DNA from: Octopus vulgaris
Lineage: Eukaryota
Direction: 5' to 3'
Assembly (NCBI GenBank): GCA_951406725.2
Contig: OX597831.1
Span: 62,372,001-62,436,000 of the forward strand
Length of the DNA stretch: 64,000 bases
Every line of letters starts with the position of its first letter. The first letter of the stretch is position 1. Of the stretch, positions 13,610-25,745 are shown in pieces. The translations under genes and the position numbers were made by a program. Below the pieces are notes generated by a model. The model had not been told where the DNA came from. It saw only the letters and a list, made by a program, of their open reading frames with translations, and made no database searches.

Positions 13610-14599
13610 TTTCAGGAGGAAATCAGTTAATGATCTTATCTGTTGCCAACATGTAATAAAGACCATATAGGTAAACATTAATATGAATATATAATTATTA
13701 TTAAGAGTACTGAGTAACAGCACCTACACGCTAGAAATAGATGTCAAAAGACTCAAAAACCACATGAAATTATATTCCATTAGAACATGATTTAGTAAAC
13801 ATTTTGAGATTAATTTTAGATCGCACGATTTCTGGTTTAGATATACAAATTACTTTGCCTTCATCAGTAGAATATATCCGAAGTACATAAATATAAATAT
13901 ATATACATACCCATACAAATACATTTGTACATATACAAATATATACATATATCCACACGTTTATACGAGGTAAATCCGATTATTCATTTCAACCACATGC
14001 GTATTTGATCAAGAAAATATCGCGGTAAATATCAGGATCGGAGTGAATAAATAAAAATATATGAATACATAATGAAGGATAAAATCAATTAATGATCTTG
14101 TCAGTGACCAAAATGTGATAAAAATGATATTGGTAAACATTAATATAAATATACAATTATAGAGATATAATTATAATTAAGGGTCCTGCTAAAAGCACCT
14201 ACGCGCTAGATATAGACGTCAAAAGACGCTAAAAACCAATTCAAATTACACTCCATTAACACAAGGCTGAAAGCGAGCAAATGAAAAGAAGAGCTTTTTG
14301 ACGTCTATCACCAGAGTGTAGCTAATGTTTCTTAGTACTCTTAATTATATCTATATAATTATATATTTATATTAATGTTTACTATATACATTTTTTATTA
14401 CATACTGGCCACTGATAAGTTCATCAATTGATTTTATCCTCAATTATATATGCACATATATATATTTATTCACTCCGATCGTGATATTTGCTGTTTTATT
14501 CACTTGATCGCTAATGGAATGTAGTTTGATGTGGTTTTCATAGTTTTATGACGTCTATCTCGTGCGTATGGGTGCTGTTTCTCAGTACCCTTACTTATT

Positions 14600-14600
<1 letters not shown>
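13610..14600. repeat. Direct and inverted copies of a ~200-270 bp unit (pLTR-like cluster)
   Basis: 13610-13785 and 14075-14260 are direct copies; 14293-14510 is the inverse of 14005-14225; a further inverted partial lies at 14512-14600. Confidence 0.75.
13814..13872 (-). ncRNA. Type-I hammerhead ribozyme motif
   Basis: Minus strand TTCTA-CTGATGA-AGG..(22 nt)..CCA-GAAA-TCGTGCGA-TC-TAAAA; core intact, stem III ATCG/CGAT, stem I 4 of 5 bp, weak stem II. Confidence 0.65.
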
Positions 14601-14636
<36 letters not shown>

Positions 14637-14639
<3 letters not shown>

Positions 14640-14957
14640 AATTAGAGATAAAACCACTATTATGCAAATCAAGCAGTGAAAAACATAAACCAAAACGTAG
14701 AAATAAAATTAATTAATATAATATGCAAAATAAAATTAATTCAAATAAAGTTAATCCAAACCTGAAAACACAAAGAGAATACACAACAACGCGAGGACGT
14801 GGAACAAATATTATTAAGAAGTATTATTGGACGCTCAGGAAGGAAGTGGAAAAGGAGGGTATACGTTTCGAGCGGAGCTCTTCGTCAGAAACATAGGAAA
14901 AGGAAAGATCCAGAGAAGGGAAGACGGAGGAAAACAAATCGCCAACGGTACACACGC

Positions 14958-14960
<3 letters not shown>
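14637..14960 (-). mobile_element. Short hammerhead-bearing element (family H2) between (TA)n tracts
   Basis: Homologous to 25548-25745 in the opposite orientation; TA tracts on both sides. Confidence 0.75.
14858..14892 (-). ncRNA. Minimal hammerhead ribozyme motif
   Basis: Minus strand GTTT-CTGACGA-A-GAGC-TCC-GCTC-GAAA-CG-TA-TACC; core and stem II intact, stem I damaged. Confidence 0.7.
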
Positions 14961-14995
<35 letters not shown>

Positions 14996-16937
14996 TAATT
15001 TTCCCAGGTTTGTAAATATTTAACTTTTACTTAATTTATTCTTAATAAAATTAGGAATATTGACCTTTTATCCATTTACTTTGATGTTTATCATGAATAG
15101 GATGTTTAAGATTAATATGCCCCTCCGACCCATGAGATCTAGCTTATATTTCATTCAAACTCTATAAAATAAACGAGTTAGACACCCTGCATTTTGAAAT
15201 ATGATTACAAAATGGAGATGTTTTTATGCAGATATACACAGAGAATAATGACCTAGGTTGGAGTAATATATTACTTTCTTAACGGTATATTCTCGTAGAT
15301 TTTGTAGTTGTATGAGAACATTAATGTATTATAATTTGATCTGCAGATGTATAACAACTTAGCAAAAAGAAGAACAGTAATTCAGAGTAATTTTAGAAGA
15401 GGCTTTTAGATGAAAGTGAAAACGAATGCGAATGTCATAAAAGGTATTTCTTTACAAGACATATTTACATTTGTGAATTTTTAGAGCATGATAAAATATA
15501 TCGTTTATTACATTAAATCTTTAGAAGAATAACGCTACGCTATAGCATGACAAGTTATATGATGCATTGAGACCTATCATGTTCATCACTGTTTCTTCTG
15601 TGACATCTTCAGTGGCATATTTCTGTATAAGAATTTACGTTTGTCGACAGAACATGTCAGTTATACTATCCATCTTGGAAGCGGATTGATTGTTGGTCCA
15701 TACATTTCTCAATATGTGCCACCAGGGGTTATGATTTCACGAACGTAGAACGGAGAAAGGTAAAGACAGAACAAGGTTAGTGGAATAGAAGGAACTCCAA
15801 CGTCTTCTTAAGTGTCTGTTCAATTTCTTCGGCTTAATCTTTTTTCTTATTTTCCATCGTCCTCAATTTGAACGGAGATGACGCCGTGGGGTAATCAATT
15901 TCCGACGAATGAAAATCATAACTCAGCTTTGTTTTATTATACACAATTTTGTTTCTAATTTCCATCTCTCCATAAGATATCTTTCAATTTTTTATAGTTT
16001 CTTAAATCATAATTTACAATTGTCTCATTTTCCGTCTCAATATTCTGTGAATTCATCTTTCTTTCTTTTTTCTTTACTTTTCTACGCTGACAATGAAAAA
16101 AAGTAAGCTTTGCTTTTCCTGATCCTGGAATCAACAAAATAATACCAGTTGTTCATTTTTTGCCTGTTTAAATTCGGACATTTCGGATGGAGAAGACATG
16201 TTATACGCAGAATCGATCAGAAACATCGGTGTGTTTCGTGATCCAGTGAAACTTCAATATCGTGCTCCTGTATAATTGCTGGTTTCAATATGCAATCTAT
16301 AATGCAGTAGATTATGGTGCAGATACAAGTGAAATTATTCTGAGCATTTATTTTTCAAGCAATATCATGTCACTTTGTGCTTTTAATCTATAATTCACCA
16401 TTACAACTATTTGAGGAGGCACAATTTTGAATACATGAGATTCCTCATATTGCTATTTTCCACATTATATCCAGGAAACGCATTGTGTATTTTCAACGAC
16501 TTTGCAGTAAGTAGGTTGTTATTAAAAGACTGCTATTTTAGAAAGAGGCGCTGCTGCCCTGAGGACACGACGTTGCTTTATGTAGTTAGAGTTACCTTGG
16601 GAAATTCAGATGTGCTTTCTTGTTAGGATGAGAGAAAATATGATGATTTGATTTGAGCAAGTTGGATAAAGTGATAATATATTTTTAGTATTTTATGTGT
16701 AGCTGTTACGTGATGATGCCATGAATTTATCTCTGCAGCTTGTAGGGATTAACTGTAGGTTCAAGTGGACCTGGCTTAACTTATTAATTATATGAATTTA
16801 CATGAGTACTGTGTCAATCATTTTTTAGATGGTGTCAGCAAATGGTGGTAGAATATTTGTGAGTCCAGTTTTTAATTTCTTCAGAACAAAAACGAAATGT
16901 CACAGAGATAAATCTCGCTCACACACTCATACACATA

Positions 16938-17330
16938 TGCGAGCTGGCAGAAACGTTTGCACGCCGGGCGAAATGCCTAACGGTATTTCGACTGCCGTTA
17001 CGTTCTGCGTTCGAAATCTGCCGAGATTGACTTTGCCTTTCATCCTTTCGAGGTCGATACATTAAATACCAGTTACGCACTGGTGTCGATGTAATCGACT
17101 TAATACCTATGCCTGTCCTTGTTTGTCCACTCTATGTGTAGCCCCTTGTGTGTAATAAAGAAATAGGTATTTCGTCTGCTGTTACGTTCTGAGTTCGAAT
17201 TCTGCCGAGGTCGACTTTGCTGTCATCCTTTCGGGGTCGATTGAATAATTGCCAGTGAGATCGATGTAATCGATCGACTTAATCCCCTTGTCTGTCCTTG
17301 TTTGTCCCCTCTATATTTAACCCCCTGTAG
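16938..17330 (+). mobile_element. tRNA-derived SINE family A, tandem dimer (second unit lacks the A-box head)
   Basis: gagctggcagaaacg A-box region; body gaggtcgactttgc..tcatcctttcggggtcga repeated; matches 28753-28990. Confidence 0.88.
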
Positions 17331-19411
17331 ATAGAGAGAAGGGATGAGGGAGCATTGCCCAGTAATTTCATACTCTGTATATTAATAAATACGACTGTCG
17401 GATGTATTTCATGATCACTAATTTGGAAGAAGTAGTAAAAACGAAACTTTCATATTGTTAATTGTATTGTTTGCATCGCACTTTTACTTATTTGACATGA
17501 AATTATGGTAGTTTGAGCAGTCTTTTGAGAAATTTTATGTAATACATAATTGCGTTTCGCGAAGGATATTACTATTTCTTTTATATATTGACGGGTTCCT
17601 CTAAATGATACAGTATATTATGAGAGTTTGCCTCCTGATGGGACCGTTTCAGCCGAAAACTATTTAGATGCTTTCATGTCAGATACTGATACTTACATAG
17701 TACTTGTGTGGGTAGTTAAGAATATCAGTGAACCAAATAAGACTTCAGCCCTAGAAATACTTTTGCTATTTAGTGTTGATTTATTTGAACAACTTCCCTA
17801 TTGTTTGCCTAGCATTTAATATAAAGCAAAGAATAAGATCCGGGTAAAGTTGAAGGATGTATATATTATTTCTCGCGTTTCTCCTTTTCTCGTGTATTTT
17901 TCTGAACGGCAGAGCATGTTTGATATGTTTACTTTCTTGCAGTACATCATGTTCCATATATTATATTTTTGCGTTAAAATTGCTTGTACTGTTAAGTATT
18001 TAATTTTTGAATACCTTTAGTTTACGTTCCCAACAAATATTTCTTACGGATTTCAATTTTTCTTTTGCTTCGTTCATTACTATTTCTTTAGAAACATAAC
18101 GCTGGGTTACATTCACATTTAATACGGTTTTGGAGCTTATTTCCGTTTCCAATCAGGTTGACTATTTTATGTAGTCAGTGTTTTACATTTTCTATGCTGT
18201 TCTGAAATGGTGACAATTTATTGATTTGTTGAATTGCATTTACGAATTTTGAATTTCTTTTCCAGGAAATACTTCTACTGCACCTACTGAAATTTATAAT
18301 TGCGTGTTTACTTTCTTTCTCCATGTGTTAAGATACCATGTGAACGGTGGTCAACTGATCAGATTAGATTTATTTTGCAAAACATATTGAACATTCCAAA
18401 AGAATTATTAGTAATATCTTCTAATGGATCCAATAACTTTGCCGACACATCTGCCAGCATGTTGCCTTTAACCAATGTGATTAATAGCTATATACATCTT
18501 TAAAATCATGACATACCTCGCTGAGAGTAAAGTAATAAATAAATGTGATGCTAGAGATACTTGTATTAACTCTACCATTAATGGAAGCATTTTGTTGATA
18601 ATGTCGGTGATAGTAATAGTAATATGTAAAAGAGTTGTGAATAGTTAGAATGGTAATTATTTAAGAGAAGCAGACAGATTAAGTGGTTTGCTCCGGCTGA
18701 GTGATAAGGGAGTTTTATACCCTGGAGCTTTAACAATTGTCCAAAGAGAAACAAAACAAAAGAAATAAATATTCATCAAGATACCAAATCATAACAGTAT
18801 TATGAATAATTATTATAAAGTATGGGGATTTAAGTGTCTTTGAATAGTTAGATTCTGATATTCTAAAACGTGTGCTACATTTAACATGAAAATGCACTTA
18901 AAAATACCTGCATGTTTATTAGATGGAGAATAAAGCCAATATTTTCAAACCGTCACAGTTTCACACGTAACTATGTATGTACGGCTTACAAAGGTAATTT
19001 ACCTCTATGAATCCTTCATATATTGCATGGCTTGACAAAATATTGAGTGAATGCATGATTTGTTGTTTTGAGCTGTTCTCTCTCCGGGATACATTCTGAA
19101 ATATTGATCGAGCACTATTACTGATGAACACCATGCTAAATGGACTCTTGTATTGATTTTGTCACGAATTTTTGCTTTGTAATGAATTATTGTTTATAAC
19201 TTGTGTGTTGGATTTTATATTTTAATTCTGCGAAAATATAATGTTTGTATTTTATGTTTTTCATTGACCAAATTTATTTCCAATTTTTAACAGTTCTTCG
19301 AAAATTCGAAGACAAACATTACCGACGGGTATCTTCAGCAGTTTTCTGTACCGAATCAATACGGACAAATACAATTTATGGAATCAAGAAAAAATGTTCT
19401 CTGGTTTTTCT

Positions 19412-19412
<1 letters not shown>

Positions 19413-19490
<78 letters not shown>

Positions 19491-19505
19491 CAACAACAAC
19501 AACAA
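19413..19505. repeat. (AAT)n(AAC)n tract
   Basis: Seen directly. Confidence 0.95.
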
Positions 19506-19789
19506 TATGTGTTTATGCTCTTCATATGATACCTCGAAGAAAATCAATATGCAGAATTTTTACATTTTGAATGCTAACCATTTATTAAAAAATATACAAA
19601 TCCCCAATTACCATATAGATGTATTTTACGAATCTATGTTTCTCTATTAAAATATCTACACGTGCGTCCGCTATTAATTTTTCGAAATGTGATTACACAC
19701 TGTGATTAAGTATCCATTCAGAATTCCTTTTTTGCTTTCTGTTTGGGAGGGACAATGACCTTGACCAAGTCAGAAGACATTGATAAAAC

Positions 19790-20640
19790 ATGAGCAGGGA
19801 GGTTTCAAAAGGTCGATGTCCTGGGGTGGAACTGTGTATCATAGTTCGAGTCTGTGTTGGACGCACGTACTGTGATGTGAATGGGTGACAAGTGGAAACA
19901 CCTGTCGGCTAGCAGTGCCTGAGATGAAGAGATATCAGGAACAGAGGAAGTTATAATAGCGATAAAAAGTATTCCAAACTCTGACACTCTCTTGTGGGTC
20001 AAAAGTTTGATTGTGTCCTTTAGTAATTTAGAAATTGGCAGCTGACTTGCCTTTATCTGGATGCGATCCAGCATGTGTTAAGTGTTGTAGCAACACTGAG
20101 ACTCAGATGTAAGTGCAAAACGTAAATGTACAACTCACTTGAGCCTTTTAGTGTATGAGCAACTGTTGGAGATTGAAAACTTTTGTGATGCTGAAGTGAA
20201 GGGGTGAGCTTTAAGAATCGGCCCAAACTATGTTACGCATGTATTTTGGGCAAGGAAAACTTGCGTCGGTTTTAGCATTTAGAATACCCATGAAGGCTTT
20301 CTTTGAGAGCCGCTCAGGTTTAGAGGGGTGTAATGTGGTGTTATTTTCTGTAAATGGTTAACGCAAATATTTTACATTTCTGTAGAAAGAGACGGTATTA
20401 TCATGGCTCTCTCAAAGATGAGCGAGAGACATAATTACATAAACAGAGATTTCAAAATCTCTGTTTATGTAATCAATACTAGTTTGATGTCTCCAGTGAA
20501 GGATGCTATCAATACTAGTTTGATGTCTCCAGTGAAGGATGATATTGATGATGTATGATTTGAAAAGATTAGATTTGCAGAAACGGCGTCGGATCTGCAT
20601 CAGGATGAGCGTTGTGTGATATACAAGCATATTGATCATT
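19790..20640 (-). pseudogene. Highly decayed CR1/Jockey-like LINE RT C-terminal region, with a 36-bp-period tandem duplication at 20472-20541
   Basis: MLDRIQIKASQL and QFHPRTST resemble LDRIQRKA..L and SFFPRTS.LWN motifs; many stops. Confidence 0.55.
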
Positions 20641-21678
20641 GGTGCAAAGAAAGAAGAATAAGGGACTCAAAATAAATACAATGTATGCATTTTAACTGAC
20701 TCAGAACGAGACGGAAGAATTTTATCTACACGTGACATAAAGATGTGATTTAATAAAATGTACACGTCTAAGCAATATGAGATTGGAGCAGTATGTAGGC
20801 AAAAAGCGTCGAAAACAGATCTGCATACTACAAATTCAAAAGCTTTGTTACTGTGTAGGGCAGCTAATTTACTTTCATTGAACATCCCTAAAATCAGAAT
20901 CGATCGGTGACATAAAAGAGTAGGTTTACAGTGGATCTAGTTATCACTAAGGAAAATGATAGATTAAACTGGTTACGTAATATCATTCATAACTGATCTC
21001 TGCATTGCTATGCAAATTTAAGCTGGGAAGTTTACAATTTTTTTAACAATTCATTGATTTCTTTCAATATAATTCCAAATACGTTTTTTTTTTCTTAATT
21101 TATAACACAAATTCCGACGCAGTAGCAGATTCAAACATGCCTTGTGGAATTAGTTCCAGATACATATTTATGAACTTGGATTAATATAATAAAAGAAAAC
21201 TTTTGTCTCCTAAGATATTTATGCAAATGTCTACAGATGAGATTCCTGAAATAATTTTCGTGTTGGTGATTGTTCTTTAAAGGTAGTTGAATTTGAAAAG
21301 AACAATGATACGGAAAGAAATATCTTTAGAGCTAAATGACATAGCCACCGAACAATAGCATACATTTTATCATTAATAGAAGGAGTGCTGCATCTACTAT
21401 ATTCATCGGCATTTTCACAGCAGAGCGAGACAGAAGCACGATAAATTCATTGTTAAATATATTCACAATATACTGAAAGAAAACGCACGGAAGAAATAAG
21501 ATACAAGTATATACTTCTATTGGATATTGGAAACGACAGCCACAGAAGCATTGAGACAAGGGAGAAACAGATATTTGACGAAGTAATTTAATCGACGCAC
21601 ACTTTCGATTGGATAGGTTGCAGTGACCGGACTTTAGTGGAAGAGACTGCATATTATGCATTTTATTGGAAATTGTTT

Positions 21679-21870
21679 GGTATTTCGTCTGCCGTTACGT
21701 TGTGAGTTTAAATTCCGCAGAGGTCGACTTTGTCTTTCATTCTTCCGGGGTCGATAAATTAAGTACCGATTACGCACTGGGGTCGATGTAATCGACTTAA
21801 TCCCTTTGTCTGTCCTTGTTTGTCCACTCTATGTTTAGCCCCTTGTGTGTAGTAAAGAAATAGGTATTCT
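21679..21870 (+). mobile_element. SINE family A, headless copy
   Basis: Starts at ggtatttcgtctgccg, same body as 28753-28990, ends aaagaaataggtatt. Confidence 0.88.
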
Positions 21871-23007
21871 GCTATAACGCATTTCAACTCTACCCCGTTC
21901 TCGGATTAATTAACATGTCCATAACACATTCAGTATGCCCATAACATATTCACTATGGCCATAGCATATTCATCTACGGTCTCTTTATTGATAAAATAAG
22001 TCTAGGTATGTTCCTAAATGTTCCTTTTAGTCATTTTATATGAACACTGTTATTTACTTATTTTTGTAATATATAATTTTAGTTACTAATAAATATAATC
22101 ATTTATTGAAATATATTAGTTACTAAGTTGCCTTCAAAAATATATATTTTTGTTTATTCGTTTATTGAATCTATAAATAAAATACAGAAAAATATATATG
22201 CATGAACCCAGCCTAACAACTAAATATTTGAATGAATGGATCTTTTCGGTTTGAACGGCAGTTTTTAACATAATTTCTGGGTAGCTAAAAAATTTAAAAC
22301 TTCGTATACTGGTAGAATGTGTTTATAAAACATCTTTTTCTCTTGACTTTATTGAGAAAATTCTATAGTTTGTAAGATATTGTTGTTTCTTTCTTCAATT
22401 TCTGCAATTTCAACCAATCACTGGGTCCATTGAGGTAAAAAAAAAACATTCTGTGCCGTATGAATATGTCCCTCGTTTAAGAACAGATTGGGTTTATTTA
22501 CATTTGTGAAGGAAAAATTATATACTTCCCCCACCCCTAACCCTAACCCTAACCCCAACTAACCCTAACCCTAATATAGATTGAAATGCAATAGATCGAT
22601 ACTAGGGTCATAATTATGGGTGATAATTTCATATGACACCGCTAGAAAGAACTGCCGTTCAAACTGAAAAGATCTGAATAAGTAATTGTATTTACTAGTA
22701 ATTAATATGAACTTTTCAAAAATAAATAATACTAGTTTTGATGTAAAATAGATAAATAAAAAGAACGATTAAGGGTGTAGATTAATATGTTATGGACACG
22801 CTGACTAACATTAAAAGTAGATACAGGGTTCTAAGCCTAAATAGTTAATCAATTTATGGGTGGAATAAGGACGGAGAGCAATGTATTATGGACGTACTGA
22901 ATAGGATGAAAAGTAGTGACAGGCTGATAAAGTGTTAATCGGCACAACCAAAGAGTGGAATTGTAAGGTTAAAAAATCAACTTTTAGCTATTTTTAGAAC
23001 AGAATCC
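21865..23007. mobile_element. Old degenerate foldback/MITE hosting a younger MITE
   Basis: Left (g)tattctgctataa versus right ttagaacagaatcc; subterminal ccataacatattca-type repeats at 21919-21972 have inverted counterparts at 22783-22795 and 22880-22892. Confidence 0.4.
22238..22675. mobile_element. MITE with ~27-bp TIRs and internal (CCCTAA)n, copy 1
   Basis: GGATCTTTTCGGTTTGAACGGCAGTT...AACTGCCGTTCAAACTGAAAAGATCT; flanks gaatgaat/gaataagt (6 of 8 match). Confidence 0.9.
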
Positions 23008-23202
23008 AAGACGCACATGCTACAATTTAATCGGAATAAACTCTATACGTTAGGACGTGAAAATACCTGTCAATTATGCCATGAGGAGGCTGTTTGCATC
23101 TTCAACTTTATAATGCACTTAAAAATATGAATAACAGAAATCCGCCGAAAAGCTGATAGGTTACCTTCATAAATATATTTTTTTGTCTGTTTGTTTATTC
23201 AA

Positions 23203-23238
<36 letters not shown>

Positions 23239-23689
23239 ATGGGACTACGTGCGTATATAAACTTAGATATATATGTAAATATATGCGCCTACCTATACAC
23301 ATGCATATATAAAGAAAACACACATGTACTTGAAGTATGATTTATGTACACAAACGAAAAGAGAAACCAGTACTCTGTGTTTGTACTTTTTGAAATGTCT
23401 TTAGTACTTTACAATGACTTGGAAATTGAACTTGAGTTAGTACTTCTAGAAGTTATGTATAAGAAATTGTTTGCTTGTTGGAGAATATAGAAAGGTGTGG
23501 TAATAAAATGAATTAATTTGGCATATTGTATCAGATTTAGCTGTCATTGGCTACAATCGTTGGATGGAAGTGGCTGCTTCTACACGATTTGCCTCATGGA
23601 GAGATGAACGGTAAAATGAGCTCAGAATAAGGAGAATGTTGGAAAATAAATGACCTTTTTAAAGAATAATTAAGCACGTTTTTGAAAAC

Positions 23690-24123
23690 GTATCTTTTCG
23701 GTTTGAACTGCAGTTTTTTTTTAATAATTTCCACGTAACTAAACACTTTTAAACTTCGTATACTGGTAGAATGTGTTTATAAAACATCTTTTTCTCTTAG
23801 CTTTATTGAGAAAATTCTATAGTTTGTAATATATTTGTTGTTTGTTTCTTCAATTTCTGCAATTTCAACCAATCAATGACGTCTATTGAGGTAAACAACA
23901 TTCTGTGCCGTATGACTATGTCCCCCGTTGAAGAAACAGATTGGGTTTATTTACATTTCTGAAGAAAAAATATACCCTTCCCCCCACCCCTGACCCTAAC
24001 CCTAACTAATCCTATCCCTAAAACAGATTGAAATGCAATAGAACGATACTAGGGTCATGATTATGGGTGACAATTTCATATGACACCGCTAGAAAAAAAC
24101 TGCCGTTCAAACCGAAGGGATCC
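23690..24123. mobile_element. Same MITE, copy 2, with perfect 8-bp TSD TTGAAAAC
   Basis: ttgaaaac|gtatcttttcggtttgaac...gttcaaaccgaagggatcc|ttgaaaac. Confidence 0.92.
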
Positions 24124-25297
24124 TTGAAAACTTTAAAATAATTGAGTATTACCGGAGTTTGCATTGCTAATTGTTAGCAAATGAATCAGATGTATGAGAA
24201 TAATGGTGTGTGTTTTAGGCCAAAAGTGTACATCAGTATGAAATACTTAATTTTGGATTTCATGGAATATTTTATTATATTTTAGTTCGATTATGTGAGA
24301 TACGTGTACATATAATTACAGCCATCAACAAAAGCACTCATTAAGATTGCTATGAGAGTGGGTAATTCCATGAATTATTTGATATTACAGAATTGATTTC
24401 GGCGAGTAGGTATCAGCAAAAAGAAATTGGGTGTAAACAAGTAAGGAGATTCAATAACGATTGATAACAGAAAATATGCGCTGAGTATGGTATGTACAGT
24501 AATGTTTTTACTTGATTTAGTAAAACGATAGCTTCTTCGTTCAATGAATATAGTCATAACACATGTAAGAATGTAAATTTGAAAACTAATTATGAATAGC
24601 TGAATGTGAATATATAAAAAACTTGTTGAAAATTGATGGAGGTTGTTTTGGTGGGATTAATTATCTTGTTGATCAGCAAATTTAAAGATGTGTGTCAATG
24701 TGTGTTTCGATTTCTATGTTAGGTGCTAAATATAGATGCCAGTTGAGATCTCCGTGATGGGTGGAGGACCGAATCATTCTTTATAATTACTTACCTGGTA
24801 AGCTGGCTATATTAGACTCATAGTAAGACTAGTCTCACCAGTAGATGTATTTTAAAATATTTTTTTATACTCAAAGTCAAATATTGAGACATAATCAATG
24901 TTACTGTGTATGTAGTTTGTAACTTTTCATCTTCTCCCGAACAAGATATAATTAAGTGTAAGCAAACTAAAAAATATAGACAAAAGATGCAATATTATCA
25001 GCGATGTCCCTGAAGATGGCGGTAGAACGGCGCAAATTATATGTCTCAAAATAAGCGTGTAACTTTTACACATAACACACACGACGTTCGCACGTGCGTT
25101 CGAGCGCGTGCACAAACACACACACACATGTGAATATATCTTTATAAGAATTTATCAAGGAGTCTGTGTGAAAGACCTCATAAGAGAAAAAATCCACTAT
25201 TTTTTTTCGCTTAAATATATTTATTTATATTATATTAATATATATATATATATATATTTCAACAATTGAGGGTAAAATTAATTAATTAATCAATTTT

Positions 25298-25426
25298 AAA
25301 AAAACTTTTTTAAAACTATTTCCAATACTTAAAGAAAATCTCTACTCTCGTGAGTTGAATTGAGCAAACACTATACGAGAGAGATTTTCTTTAAGTATTG
25401 GAGATAGTTTTAAAAAAAGTTTTTTT
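25298..25426. repeat. Inverted repeat / hairpin with ~50-bp arms
   Basis: aaaactatttccaatacttaaagaaaatctct versus agagattttctttaagtattggagatagtttt, spacer about 23 nt. Confidence 0.9.
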
Positions 25427-25481
25427 AGCTGCTATTTCTAATGAGTTCAGTATGCGGCAAAATAATTTATTTTACTAAGCC

Positions 25482-25547
<66 letters not shown>

Positions 25548-25550
<3 letters not shown>

Positions 25551-25745
25551 CCGGTCATTTCAAAATGTAACCACGTTGGGGATTTTCTTCGTCCGTCTTC
25601 CTTTGTATTCAACTGCTTCTGAAGAACAGTGTTGCTCGAAATATTAAGCCATCTTTCTTTCCTTCCCTGAGCGTCTGCTAATTCTTTATATGCACCACAT
25701 CTCGTGTTTGTGTTTGTTTTTTTCGGTGGGGGGGTACTAAACATA
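25548..25745 (+). mobile_element. Family H2 element, diverged, with decayed hammerhead at 25615-25649
   Basis: GCTT-CTGAAGA-ACAGTGTTGCTC-GAAA-TA-TT-AAGC (stem I GCTT/AAGC), then cctgagcgt; between (TA)n tracts. Confidence 0.65.

Noticed and set aside
20472-20541. 34-bp direct repeat resembling a CRISPR repeat
   Set aside because: Only two units with a 2-nt gap, no spacers, eukaryotic context; simple tandem duplication in a dead LINE
22535-22574. (CCCTAA)n as a telomere or chromosome fusion scar
   Set aside because: It is an internal part of a MITE present twice
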